A stretch of DNA of 64,000 nucleotides from an uncultured Candidatus Saccharibacteria bacterium (GTDB lineage Bacteria; Patescibacteriota; Minisyncoccia; Phycocordibacterales; UBA2100). Below, one piece after another: positions 18,333 through 27,814 of this stretch (positions are counted from its first letter, which is position 1; every line of letters starts with the position of its first letter). The position numbers and the translations under genes were made by a program. Below the pieces are notes generated by a model, which saw only the letters and a program-made list of their open reading frames with translations, made no database searches and was not told the DNA's origin. The DNA is taken from positions 1,750 through 65,749 of the forward strand of contig CAZWFX010000005.1 in NCBI GenBank assembly GCA_964633425.1, written 5' to 3'.

Positions 18333-19118
18333 ATGTTCCACAGGATCGCTGATTTCGTGCACAGAATCGGCATTCTTCACGCCGTTGCCGTCTTAGTGCT
18401 CCTCACGGCATCCACGACCGTACTCATCAATCGCGGCGACTCGATCGTGACGCTGATCGCGGGGAGCGCCGCATCAATGGGAAACGAGACCGTGCTCTAC
18501 ATCTCCCCTCACAGCTCATCCACGCTGAAAGTCGGCGAGACAACCGATGTCGACATACGCATCAACACGAAAACTCCGATCAATACGGTCGGCGCGACCA
18601 TCAAGTTCCCCGAGGACATGATCGAGATCGTGGGTATCAGCAAGGAAAACTCGTTCCTGGATCTGTGGACCGAGGAAACGAGCATCAAAGAAAAGCTCGG
18701 GGAGGTGCATTTTTCGGGTGGCACCATCGAAGGTGGCGGGCTTTCGGGCATCGGTACCATCGTTACGCTTTCGCTCAAGGCAAAGAAATCCGGCTCCGCA
18801 CAGCTGTCGTTCAAGGATGCGCAGATATTCGCAGCCGACGGAAAAGGCACGGAGGTACAGAGCAGCAAGCGCATCTATACGTTTGAGATCCCGGATGAGG
18901 CCCCCGCATCCGGCAGCACGGCCGCTTCAAAAATGAATGACGAGACACTTGCCCCGCCGACAATCGACTTCAACGGCGACGGCAAAGTGAACGTTGTCGA
19001 CCTTTCGATCATCGCAATCCAGATTATCGCGCCGTATAACGCGAAGTACGATCTTGATCGCGACGGCGCATGTAATCTGGCCGACCTGTCGATCTTCTTT
19101 GCGCGAATGCGTCAGTAG
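18333..19118 (+). CDS. Cohesin-like domain protein with C-terminal dockerin-like repeats
   Basis: 261-aa ORF with an N-terminal TM. Cohesin-like segment LYISPHSSSTLKVGETTDVDIRINTKTPINTVGATIKFPEDMIEIVGISKENSFLDLW...GEVHFSGG. Dockerin-like duplicated Ca-binding segments IDFNGDGKVNVVDLSIIA and YDLDRDGACNLADLSIFF. Confidence 0.75.
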   Translation: MFHRIADFVHRIGILHAVAVLVLLTASTTVLINRGDSIVTLIAGSAASMGNETVLYISPHSSSTLKVGETTDVDIRINTKTPINTVGATIKFPEDMIEIVGISKENSFLDLWTEETSIKEKLGEVHFSGGTIEGGGLSGIGTIVTLSLKAKKSGSAQLSFKDAQIFAADGKGTEVQSSKRIYTFEIPDEAPASGSTAASKMNDETLAPPTIDFNGDGKVNVVDLSIIAIQIIAPYNAKYDLDRDGACNLADLSIFFARMRQ

Positions 19119-20087
19119 TTACACGATCCGCTTTGTTGCGGCACGGCGGTTATACAAAAATCCCAGTGAAATGCCGGCAACAATGAGCGCGAGCAGGTAC
19201 GGCATCGCCATCAACAGCATCGGTGTCAGGCTCTCAGCTACAGCGGCAAATGCGTTGCCACCCACGGAGATAACGACCTTGTCGGACATGAGTGTCTCGC
19301 TGGTTCCTGCCGCGGTCGCCCACGCGCGATATATGCCACGCTCGGCTTTCTCGCGGGCAACGTATGTGAACGAACCGTCGCGGGTCGTAAGCACAATGCT
19401 TTCGATCGGCGTGTCATCATCATGCTGCAGATACACCGTGATCGACGAATCCGGCGTGGCACTTCCCTGCAAGGTGATGCGGTTGCCGACCGCTACACGG
19501 TCGTCATAACCGCTGATATTCGGGACAGAGATCTGTGCACCTTTCACCTCAGGCACGATGGGTTCGGTCTCGGTTGCAGCGACTGTTTCAAGCGGAGCCG
19601 GCACGTCCTGTTTTGCAACGATCGTAAGATTGGCTGATCGCATTGATGTAATGATGTTCATCGCACGCGCGTTGTTCTCGAGTATGGCACCGGATTCAAT
19701 GTGCAGGTCGGCCGCATGTACCCCGATCGCCCGGAAGGTTATCCGGATGAGTCGTGCGTCGCGCGCATTGAATCGCTCCGCTGCAGTTCCCGAGAATCTG
19801 ATCGTTCCCTTGGTATTCGAGAATTCGGGTGGCGTCGGCCAGAGCGCGAGCACCGAACCGTCGGTCGAGATCTTTTGGACCGCGAGCGACTGCGGATTGA
19901 ATGCAATATCGGCCTCTGCGGCAAACGAGGCGGTTCCGTCGGTGTCTGCCAGCACGTCGACCACGAATTCACTGTCGAGCGTATAGGTGCCGTGATCGGG
20001 AGAAATGTAGAGTACGCCTTCGGCTGCGAACGCAACCCCCGGTAGAGCAAACAGGCACACTCCTACTAGTGCGAGGTACCGTTTCAT
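19119..20087 (-). CDS. Cohesin-like domain protein, C-terminal TM anchor
   Basis: 322-aa ORF with signal peptide LFALPGVAFAAEG. Segment VLYISPDHGTYTLDSEFVVDVLADTDG...VLALWPTPPEFSNTKGTIRFSG. C-terminal TM MLLMAMPYLLALIVAGISLGFLY. Its start overlaps the upstream stop (ATGA at 20084-20087). Confidence 0.75.
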   Translation of the reverse strand: MKRYLALVGVCLFALPGVAFAAEGVLYISPDHGTYTLDSEFVVDVLADTDGTASFAAEADIAFNPQSLAVQKISTDGSVLALWPTPPEFSNTKGTIRFSGTAAERFNARDARLIRITFRAIGVHAADLHIESGAILENNARAMNIITSMRSANLTIVAKQDVPAPLETVAATETEPIVPEVKGAQISVPNISGYDDRVAVGNRITLQGSATPDSSITVYLQHDDDTPIESIVLTTRDGSFTYVAREKAERGIYRAWATAAGTSETLMSDKVVISVGGNAFAAVAESLTPMLLMAMPYLLALIVAGISLGFLYNRRAATKRIV

Positions 20088-21037
20088 GCGTCGGCGGAGG
20101 CCTTGCGCTTACGGTCGCGATACCACATGTATCCGCCCAGCAGGAGCAGTCCGACGACGACTGCGATCGCGATCGAGTAGTCGGTCTCTTCCGGAACACG
20201 CGGTGCCGCACTGCCCTGTACATACGTACCCATGCGTTCATTACCCGCTTTGTCGATCGCTTTTATCTGAATATTGAGCAGGTGCTGATCCTTCAGCTGA
20301 TGCGGGGACGTAACAGGCCGCCAGCTTCCGCGCTCAAAGATCTCGTAGTGGTCGAGTCCGCTCTGTTTATCCTCGGTCGAAAAGACTGCATAGTAGTCGC
20401 CGCCGAATACACCGCGCGTTGATTCAACCGTAATCACGAATTCATCGGGAGGAGTCTTGTCGTCTCCGACCTGCGCGAGCCACGGATTGGTAGCGGAGAG
20501 CGGTGTCGGCCTGATCGAATAGATACCGCTCTGACGGGAGAGCTCGGCACGACTGCCCTGTCCGTCGTTCTTGTATACAGCAGAGCCTTCCTCGACGGAC
20601 ACGGTCGCGCTTTTTTGTTCGGCGCCAACCACACTAAAGACAATCTTGCCGAGCACATTGGAGAGCACCGGGTCGCCGGGGATTCGTCCGCAATAGCCTC
20701 CCGGGATACCGCCGGAGAATGTAATTGTGCCCTTATCAGTATCGATCTTCGGCTCTTCGATCCACAAACTGAGAATCGAGTTGCCCTTACTGAAATCGAC
20801 GGCTCGGAGTGTTTCGGTCGGGTAGCGGATCTCGACATGAATGGCGTTCACACATTCGTTCTGGTTGTCGAGGCGAATGTCGGTGATAAACGTGTCGGTG
20901 AGGCCGTACGTTCCCTCGGTCGGGTTCACATATATGGTGGCCGCATCAACAAGGGCCGGAACAGCGAACGCAGCGCAGAGGGCGAAAGCGATCAAAACGC
21001 GATTCATACGAGCAGTATAGCGGTTTTTTGGCATCAT
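20084..21037 (-). CDS. Cohesin-like domain protein, C-terminal TM anchor
   Basis: 317-aa ORF with a signal peptide. Segment ATIYVNPTEGTYGLTDTFITDIRLDNQNECVNAIHVEIRYPTETLRAVDFSKGNSILSLWIEEPKIDTDKGTITFSGG. TM IAIAVVVGLLLLGGYMWY. The start may be M11 (21007). Confidence 0.75.
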   Translation of the reverse strand: MMPKNRYTARMNRVLIAFALCAAFAVPALVDAATIYVNPTEGTYGLTDTFITDIRLDNQNECVNAIHVEIRYPTETLRAVDFSKGNSILSLWIEEPKIDTDKGTITFSGGIPGGYCGRIPGDPVLSNVLGKIVFSVVGAEQKSATVSVEEGSAVYKNDGQGSRAELSRQSGIYSIRPTPLSATNPWLAQVGDDKTPPDEFVITVESTRGVFGGDYYAVFSTEDKQSGLDHYEIFERGSWRPVTSPHQLKDQHLLNIQIKAIDKAGNERMGTYVQGSAAPRVPEETDYSIAIAVVVGLLLLGGYMWYRDRKRKASADA

Positions 21038-21039
21038 AT

Positions 21040-22176
21040 TTATCCGGTCCAGTTAAACAACATGATCGAAAAGTCTCCCAGGTTGACCGTGCCGTCGGCG
21101 TTGAAGTCGCTCTGAATGTCGTCGGACTGCCATTTCAAAAGAAATATAGAGAAGTCGACGAGGTTCACTTTGCCGTCGCCGTTGAGGTCAGCAGAGCCCG
21201 TATCGGCAAATGCTCCCTCGCCCACACTGAACGATATCGACTTACCGAATCCAGACTGAATGCTTGTGTCGAGTTTGAAGTACGATTTTACGGTGTGCAT
21301 ACCGTCGGTAAGTGACGAGGTATCAACACGCAACGCCCATGCCCCCGTGCCGTCGGCAGTTGCGTTCAGTGTGGTTTTTGTACCGCCCCCGATCTCGCTC
21401 GAAATACTTGCTTTCGGCACCGAAAACCCGGAGACCGTCAGCGGTTCCCCTTTTGGAACCTGACGTTCGCTCACCTGGATAGTGGGCGGGAAGAACACGT
21501 TTGCAACGGTGGATACCGCGCTCTGCGCCACATCGAACACAACCGATGTCGTGACCGATTCTATGCCGTTGGAATCTTTTGCTGTGAAGCCGAACGTTGC
21601 GGTCCCCGGCGTAATCTCGGTTGATATGAACTGGAAGTCGGCATTCGAATCCGCCAGCGCGGTACCTTTTATCTTTCCGTCGAGCAACACATTTACGACC
21701 GCGTTCGGGTAGGCCTTGCCGCGCAGCACGACGCGCGTCTGTGTTTCTGATGCAATAGTGCCCGCTTGTGCACCGGGAATGAACGGTGTCGAGCCGACGG
21801 TCGGAGATCCCGATACCGTGGAGCCTGCCGGAGCGAGTGTGCGGCACGATAGAGAACACAGGTCAGTCGCGATCGTGTTTCCGTCATCGCACTGCTCGCC
21901 GAACCGGGCCTGCAAAATACCATCGCCACAGTAGTTGTCGTATGCAATGCAGCCGGGCATGCATTTACGCTCGGCGGTCGTGGAACCGTAGCCGCCGAGG
22001 TTGATGCCGTCGTCACACACTTCAACACCGCCACCGTTTATACCGTCGCCGCACACAAGCATCGAGAGCGACGTCTGCACATCCGCGGCAAACGCGAATT
22101 GGATCATGATGCCGAGCAAAAATGCTGCGACGACAATGAGGCCCGGTACCGCGAGACGTTTGTCGGCCATATGCAT
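21040..22176 (-). CDS. Secreted Cys-rich-repeat (CxxCDDGN type) protein with Ig-like domains and C-terminal dockerin-like repeats
   Basis: 378-aa ORF with a signal peptide. Cys-rich segment VCGDGINGGGVEVCDDGINLGG...YCGDGILQARFGEQCDDGNTIATDLCSLSC. C-terminal ADLNGDGKVNLVDFSIFL and SDFNADGTVNLGDFSIML. Confidence 0.75.
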   Translation of the reverse strand: MHMADKRLAVPGLIVVAAFLLGIMIQFAFAADVQTSLSMLVCGDGINGGGVEVCDDGINLGGYGSTTAERKCMPGCIAYDNYCGDGILQARFGEQCDDGNTIATDLCSLSCRTLAPAGSTVSGSPTVGSTPFIPGAQAGTIASETQTRVVLRGKAYPNAVVNVLLDGKIKGTALADSNADFQFISTEITPGTATFGFTAKDSNGIESVTTSVVFDVAQSAVSTVANVFFPPTIQVSERQVPKGEPLTVSGFSVPKASISSEIGGGTKTTLNATADGTGAWALRVDTSSLTDGMHTVKSYFKLDTSIQSGFGKSISFSVGEGAFADTGSADLNGDGKVNLVDFSIFLLKWQSDDIQSDFNADGTVNLGDFSIMLFNWTG

Positions 22177-22182
22177 ACCGCG

Positions 22183-23181
22183 TTAGCGGCGAGCCGCGTT
22201 TTGGTATGCGTTACGGCGAGCCCGCTGTCTGCGGCGACGCACGCCAAGTGCGATGAACAGGCTCAACAAAAGCAGTACAGGTATCGAAACAACACCGGCA
22301 ACTTTCAATTTGTCCTTTGTCGAGAGACCGTCAAATCCGTAGCCGGTATACCCCTGCACGGCGCCGAGCGATGCAATCGAAAGATTAATCTGATTCTGCT
22401 GCGCGATCTCTTCGCCCTTGTAGATCGTGTATTTAGCGGTGTAGCGCCCGACAGGCAGCCGTGTCGGCAATTCCGCGAGCACCTCTTTGATCGCGAACGG
22501 ATCAATCTGGTCAATCTTGTTCGTGTTGTATGTCGTTTCGTACAGTTTCTCCACCTCGCTGTCGTAGATATCAAATTTTACTTTTGTCGGACCGTACACG
22601 GCGTTACCCGTGTTCTCGATCGTCATAAAAAACCGAATCTTCGCCGGGAATATAAGTCCCCACCTGCGACGACTCTCTTCCACGTCCGCACTGCGAATAC
22701 GCCTTACGTCGAAATCGTAGATCTTGTCGACAACCTTAATATCAACGTCGATCTGCGCACCAAGCGCAATCGACACACCGGCTCCGCCGTCTGAACCTTC
22801 CGCAGACGACGTGCGGATTCGGATGGTTCCCTGGTGCCGTGTGTACTCGGCATCTGCCGGCACATGCACTGCGATCACGATCGGGACCTGTGTCTCTCCT
22901 TTTGGGAGCAGGAACGATGTGCCGCGATCAACGACGAACCAGGATTCGACACCCGGGATGTTCATGCTGATCTCCGCTTTTTGATCTACGGTCGGGTCAG
23001 AGCGGACAATAGTGATGCGCTGTTCATACACCGTTCCCCGCGTGAGGCGTTCATTCTGGACATACGGGGGCGTAATACCAAAGCCCGCCGAGGCAAATCT
23101 GAACCAGCCGAAAAAGACGACTATCAAGAGTAGGGCGGCAAAAAACCGCAGTCCTAACAGCCGCCACGGCAGTGACATCAT
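22183..23181 (-). CDS. Membrane-anchored cell-surface protein, paralog 3 of the 528..1844 family
   Basis: 332-aa ORF with a signal peptide. Motifs FGITPPYVQNERLTRGTVYEQRITIVRSD and FFMTIENTGNAVYGPTKVKFDIYD. TM VAGVVSIPVLLLLSLFIALGV followed by RRRRQRARR. Confidence 0.8.
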   Translation of the reverse strand: MMSLPWRLLGLRFFAALLLIVVFFGWFRFASAGFGITPPYVQNERLTRGTVYEQRITIVRSDPTVDQKAEISMNIPGVESWFVVDRGTSFLLPKGETQVPIVIAVHVPADAEYTRHQGTIRIRTSSAEGSDGGAGVSIALGAQIDVDIKVVDKIYDFDVRRIRSADVEESRRRWGLIFPAKIRFFMTIENTGNAVYGPTKVKFDIYDSEVEKLYETTYNTNKIDQIDPFAIKEVLAELPTRLPVGRYTAKYTIYKGEEIAQQNQINLSIASLGAVQGYTGYGFDGLSTKDKLKVAGVVSIPVLLLLSLFIALGVRRRRQRARRNAYQNAARR

Positions 23182-23270
23182 GGTCTCAATAGTATCACGG
23201 TGAGGCCTTCAAAAGTCCAGTAAAACCTGGATATTCCCCGACTTTGAACCCCTTTTGCGCAACAGCGTAC

Positions 23271-25172
23271 CTACCAGTTAGCAGGACTGCTCTTCTTTCC
23301 GACGATAGTGTTTTGGCCCGAGTAGTTACCGGCGAGTGTGATGGTCGTCGGGATCGCGATACCCCAATAGGTGTTCTTGGTTTGCGGCGAGCTCGTAGCA
23401 GTTGTCTTTTGCACGTTGATCAGGACCGATGCCGGCGAAGTCGATGCGGTAAGCGTGTACGAATCGGTCGATGAATACGCGATAGATGATGTTGCGACGC
23501 GCTGCTGGCCTACCGGGATCTTGGTACCTGCGTTCGGACCACCGACATCGCAGTTATCCGGAGCCGAACCGCCGCCTCCACCCACCCAGGTGGTGCACAT
23601 GGTCGAACCATAGAGATCTTCATCGAGACCCACATTGCCTACTGCCTTAAGGTCGGTGTTGGCGATCATCGGCGTTGTTGTTTCACCCGGCTGCAACGAG
23701 CCGTATGCCACAGTCGTTGTAGAAACATCGAACGCGAGGAAGCTCGTCAGATCATTACCGGTCGAGGAGACCGTAACCGCACTCGACGATGCATTGTCAT
23801 CGGTTGCTCGCACCGCAGCGAGCCAGTTGTCCGCAAAGTACACAGACGTCGCGGAGGAAACACCGTCTGTCGCGTCCGCGTTGTACCACAGAGAAAAGGT
23901 GCATGTCACACCGACATCGCTGTCCGTTGCGCCACTGCAAGCGTTGACCGCTGAATCAATCGCACACGAGTAGAACGGAGTGAACAACGGCGACGACGAT
24001 GCATAGCAGTTGTTGGAATTGTAGTTAGAGCCGGATGTGCATGTGGCACTTGATCGGTACACCGAAATGACATTGGACACAATTTCGCTTGTGGATGATG
24101 CGTTCAAACAACCATTGTTGTCCGCGACCACGAACTGAACCTTGAACGGGCCAGATGTCGCCTGCGGTACGGTAAGCGTAAGATTACCAACGTTGTCCGT
24201 ATCAAGCAGACTGATGCCTGCCGCACTGATCGACGGTGTCTGGTTATTTACCGCAAAGAACGAGTTCGATCCTTGGAACGACGACGTTGCGGCGAGTCCG
24301 TATTGATCCGAAATGTATACGTAGGCGTTATACAAGCGATCAGCAGTCGGGACCGCAATCGGTGTTGACGTGCCGGCGTTCGAGGTAACAGCCGTAGAGG
24401 TTGCCCACGCACCGCCCGTTGTGCACTGCGATCCGTTAAATGCCGCCGTTTTACACACGTATAACGTAATATTTTGCGCCCCAGCCAACGAATCAGGGTC
24501 CGACGATCCCGTGGTCCACGTTACGGTGCCACCCGGGTTTTGTGGTGAGTTGTTCGACAGTGAGTAGAAGACCGGGATGTGGTTGATAAAGAACGGAGAC
24601 GCGCTGTCCTGGTTGGGTGTACCGCGGTTTGCGGTTGCGTTGCAGCGCGCGAGCGTTGCGTTGTTATCACAAATGTACGCAAACCAGTCGTTGCGCTCGT
24701 TATTGAACGGCAAATCGTTCTTTGTGGTGGTTGCGGCCGTTGCTACGGCACCGCTCGCGGTCGCGCCTGACACCGCCCACTGGTTCGATATACCGCCGGG
24801 GCATGTGGGCGCAGCACCCGAGTTACCAGTTGCCGTCCCTCCAACCTTGCAGATCAGCAGGTAGTAGTTGTCTCCCGAGGAGTCGGTTGCCTGCACGGTG
24901 AACGACAACACCGCGCCTGCGTTTGTGGGCGTTGTGGTAGCGGATGTCGGAGATTCAGCGACATCGGTATCAAATGTAGGCGGCGTGTTGAGCACAGTAA
25001 CCGATGTCTGCACGTCGTCGGCGCTTGCCACAGGCACGTTCACCTGGAATATCGTAAATACGCATACCAAGACCAAACAGCCGACCAGCGACGTAAAAAT
25101 CGTGATCTTTCCCTCGGTCGTGCGCGTTCGTTTGAGGAATACGCCTAGCCTCCGATGCATGGTTTCGGACAT
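23271..25172 (-). CDS. Secreted Ser/Thr-rich surface protein whose Cys-rich C-terminal module is shared with the 6,369-aa giant protein
   Basis: 649-aa ORF (TTG start) trimmed to the ATG at M17; M21 (25160) is also possible. Signal/anchor segment IFTSLVGCLVLVCVFTIFQVNVPVASADD. The C-terminal ~298 aa align by eye to the giant ORF C-terminus (see findings). Confidence 0.8.
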   Translation of the reverse strand: MSETMHRRLGVFLKRTRTTEGKITIFTSLVGCLVLVCVFTIFQVNVPVASADDVQTSVTVLNTPPTFDTDVAESPTSATTTPTNAGAVLSFTVQATDSSGDNYYLLICKVGGTATGNSGAAPTCPGGISNQWAVSGATASGAVATAATTTKNDLPFNNERNDWFAYICDNNATLARCNATANRGTPNQDSASPFFINHIPVFYSLSNNSPQNPGGTVTWTTGSSDPDSLAGAQNITLYVCKTAAFNGSQCTTGGAWATSTAVTSNAGTSTPIAVPTADRLYNAYVYISDQYGLAATSSFQGSNSFFAVNNQTPSISAAGISLLDTDNVGNLTLTVPQATSGPFKVQFVVADNNGCLNASSTSEIVSNVISVYRSSATCTSGSNYNSNNCYASSSPLFTPFYSCAIDSAVNACSGATDSDVGVTCTFSLWYNADATDGVSSATSVYFADNWLAAVRATDDNASSSAVTVSSTGNDLTSFLAFDVSTTTVAYGSLQPGETTTPMIANTDLKAVGNVGLDEDLYGSTMCTTWVGGGGGSAPDNCDVGGPNAGTKIPVGQQRVATSSIAYSSTDSYTLTASTSPASVLINVQKTTATSSPQTKNTYWGIAIPTTITLAGNYSGQNTIVGKKSSPANW

Positions 25173-25256
25173 ACTTACTAAGAATCGTAGCACCCATACC
25201 CACTCTACGAGGGGTTCCAATGTGGATAAGTACCGATTTTACGGCTTAACTGAATG

Positions 25257-26465
25257 CTATTTGTAGCGGATCGCGTCGAGCGGGTTGATCTTTGCGGCGC
25301 GCCGAGCCGGAAACAGTCCCGTGAGGAACCCCACCCCGCCCGAGAACGAGCAAATGAATATAAGGAACCAGACCGGGTATTTGAACAAACTGACTGATTC
25401 CCCTCCGAATTTACTTGCAGCCACCGAGAGGAGTCCGTTGAAGAACATGCCGATGCCTCCCCCGATGAGGATCCCCACCACACCGCCCAACAAACCCACG
25501 ATAATGGCCTCTGCCACGAACAAGATAACGATGTCTTTTGACGATGCGCCGATCGTACGCATAACACCGATCTCGGCCGTACGCTCGAGGAGCGTAACGG
25601 TCATGGTGTTGAACATACCGATCGCGGATACCGTAAGCGCGATGCCGCCGAACACCGCGAGGATCACCTGGATGCCCTGAAAGATCTTGTTCGCTTGTTC
25701 GACCGTCTTTGAGAGTGCGGTCACGGTAAAACCCTTAGCAATGATGGCGTCCTGGGCGAGCGGCAGTGATTTGGTGTCGATTACACGCACCTGCACGCGA
25801 TCGAAATACGGAATCTTAAAATTGGACTGAAACTCCTCGAGCGTAATCGCTGCTGACAGGTTGCCGGTGTCGGCCGTTACGCCCTTTATCTTGTACTGCT
25901 TGGGCAGCTGCACTTCTGTCGTTGATTCACTGCCTTCGTTCGGGACAAATACGCGAAATGTAAGCGTTTTACCGAGTACCTCTTCCGGATCTTCGACACC
26001 GAAGAGCTTGAGCATGGCGCTGCTGATCACAACCGCATTGCGATCGGTCTCTGCGTCCTCATTCGTGAACAGATCCCCTGCCGCAGCCTGCGCGCCGGTA
26101 TACAAAAAGTACGATGGCGCGAGGCCCTGAATGTTGGCGTTACCGGTGAGTCCCTGATACGTGACAAGTGTCGGGAACGTGACCACACCTGAAACATCTT
26201 TGACGGTGTCCATCGCCGCGAACGCTTCGGTTGTAGGCAAGTCAAGCACAACGATCTTTGACGCGGGGTTCGAAACGTTGAGCGAGAGCAGCGAGTCGCC
26301 GAGCACGATCTTGTCGAGAATGATGCTCTGGAGACCGAAGCCCAAACCCACGAGCGCCACAACGGCACCGGTTCCCACGCCCATGCCCAAAATCGTAAGC
26401 CACGTACGAGACGGGTTCGTTTTGAACATACGGGTCGAAAGCAATGCGATGTCGCGTACCTGCAT
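25257..26465 (-). CDS. ABC transporter permease, FtsX/MacB type
   Basis: 402-aa ORF with N-terminal TM (WLTILGMGVGTGAVVALVGLGFG), a large extracytoplasmic domain and three C-terminal TMs with FtsX-like ...RTAEIGVMRTIGASSKDIVILFVAEAIIVG... Sits 1 nt after the ATPase gene. Confidence 0.85.
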   Translation of the reverse strand: MQVRDIALLSTRMFKTNPSRTWLTILGMGVGTGAVVALVGLGFGLQSIILDKIVLGDSLLSLNVSNPASKIVVLDLPTTEAFAAMDTVKDVSGVVTFPTLVTYQGLTGNANIQGLAPSYFLYTGAQAAAGDLFTNEDAETDRNAVVISSAMLKLFGVEDPEEVLGKTLTFRVFVPNEGSESTTEVQLPKQYKIKGVTADTGNLSAAITLEEFQSNFKIPYFDRVQVRVIDTKSLPLAQDAIIAKGFTVTALSKTVEQANKIFQGIQVILAVFGGIALTVSAIGMFNTMTVTLLERTAEIGVMRTIGASSKDIVILFVAEAIIVGLLGGVVGILIGGGIGMFFNGLLSVAASKFGGESVSLFKYPVWFLIFICSFSGGVGFLTGLFPARRAAKINPLDAIRYK

Positions 26466-26466
26466 A

Positions 26467-27813
26467 TCAAGTGTGGCCTCCCTCCAGTTCGTTCGGGAGA
26501 ATTACGTACCCGCCTTGGGCGATAAGTTTTTCCATGTGCACCGCGATCTTGTATCCCATGCGCTCCTCGAATCCTGCGCCACCCATTTCGTTGTTCAACA
26601 AGAGCCTTTCACTGAACTGCTCGGCGTCGGTGATGCCGCCCACCCGATCCGCTACCGCTTCGCGGAGCGTGCGCAGCTGCTCCTGCGAACACTGAAACCC
26701 GACTTCTTCTTTCAGGTACGTGAGCAGGCGCTCAACGAACTTTTGTTGGTGCATGAACATGTTGTCGCTCTGGGTCTCGCTTCGGAATCGCTGCACGTCG
26801 ATCGAGTACCGGATCAGACTGAACACCCTGCTTGCCATCGGTCCCACTTCTTCCGGCGGAATACCGACACCGCCCAGATGAAACGGCTTCCCCAAAAACT
26901 CCGAGAACATCTGTTCGTTCATGGTGCCCTTGAGCACATACAGAATTGCCTCTTCGAGGCGCTGTACCTGGCTGAATCCGATCGACTGCGTGACGAAGTT
27001 CACGACGCTCTTCACTTTCAACTCCACCGGTTCTGCATACGGATACATACGGGCAAGCTGCTCGATTTCGGTCACGATAGTCTCGCCGGGCTTTGTGCGT
27101 TTAACCTGCTCTTTCTGCGGATTAACGACGATACGGCGTAGTTTGCCGTCGCGCATGTAGAAGACCCGGTGCGCATACGGAAGGTACTTTGCGTCGTGCG
27201 TAACGAGGATCACGGTTTTGCGGTCGCGCTCATTAATCTCTTGGAACGAATCCATAACGTGCTCCGCGGAAATGGAGTCCAGGTTACCCACCGGTTCGTC
27301 GGCGAGCAGAATTTCCGGGTCGTTGATGAGCGCGCGTGCAACTGCAACTCGCTGCTGCTGACCGCCGGACATTTCCACCGGAAGTTTGTTCTCGACGCGT
27401 TCCGGCACTCCGAATCGGCGCAACAGCTGCGCCGCGCGTGCCAGGCGTTCCGCCGGCTGTATACCCAAAAAGAGCATCGGTAGCGCGACATTGTCGATGA
27501 CGGAGAGCGATGAAATCAGGTTGAACTGCTGGTACACGATGCCGATTGTTGTCTGCTGATAGCGGTTCAACTCCTCGGGCGTATACGCATAGATGTCTTC
27601 GTTCTGCACGAACATGTGGCCGTCGGACGGCGGAATACCGCCGAGCATGGTGTACAAAAGTGTCGACTTTCCGCACCCGGACGGACCGAACAGAATGATG
27701 TATTCACGAGGATAAATCTCTACGTTTACGTCCTGCAGCGCCTTGAATTCGTTCGACTTACCCTTGTTGTAGGTAATGAACATTTTATCGGTTCGGATGG
27801 AAGTTTTTGCCAT
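26467..27813 (-). CDS. ABC transporter ATP-binding protein (MacB/Lol-type) with a ~220-aa C-terminal extension of unknown function
   Basis: 492-aa ORF trimmed to M45 (MAKTSIRTDKMFITY), 1 nt after the upstream stop. Walker A GPSGCGKSTLL, signature LSGGQQQRVAVARAL, Walker B ILLADEPVGNLD. A helical extension follows the ABC core. Confidence 0.9.
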   Translation of the reverse strand: MAKTSIRTDKMFITYNKGKSNEFKALQDVNVEIYPREYIILFGPSGCGKSTLLYTMLGGIPPSDGHMFVQNEDIYAYTPEELNRYQQTTIGIVYQQFNLISSLSVIDNVALPMLFLGIQPAERLARAAQLLRRFGVPERVENKLPVEMSGGQQQRVAVARALINDPEILLADEPVGNLDSISAEHVMDSFQEINERDRKTVILVTHDAKYLPYAHRVFYMRDGKLRRIVVNPQKEQVKRTKPGETIVTEIEQLARMYPYAEPVELKVKSVVNFVTQSIGFSQVQRLEEAILYVLKGTMNEQMFSEFLGKPFHLGGVGIPPEEVGPMASRVFSLIRYSIDVQRFRSETQSDNMFMHQQKFVERLLTYLKEEVGFQCSQEQLRTLREAVADRVGGITDAEQFSERLLLNNEMGGAGFEERMGYKIAVHMEKLIAQGGYVILPNELEGGHT

Positions 27814-27814
27814 A

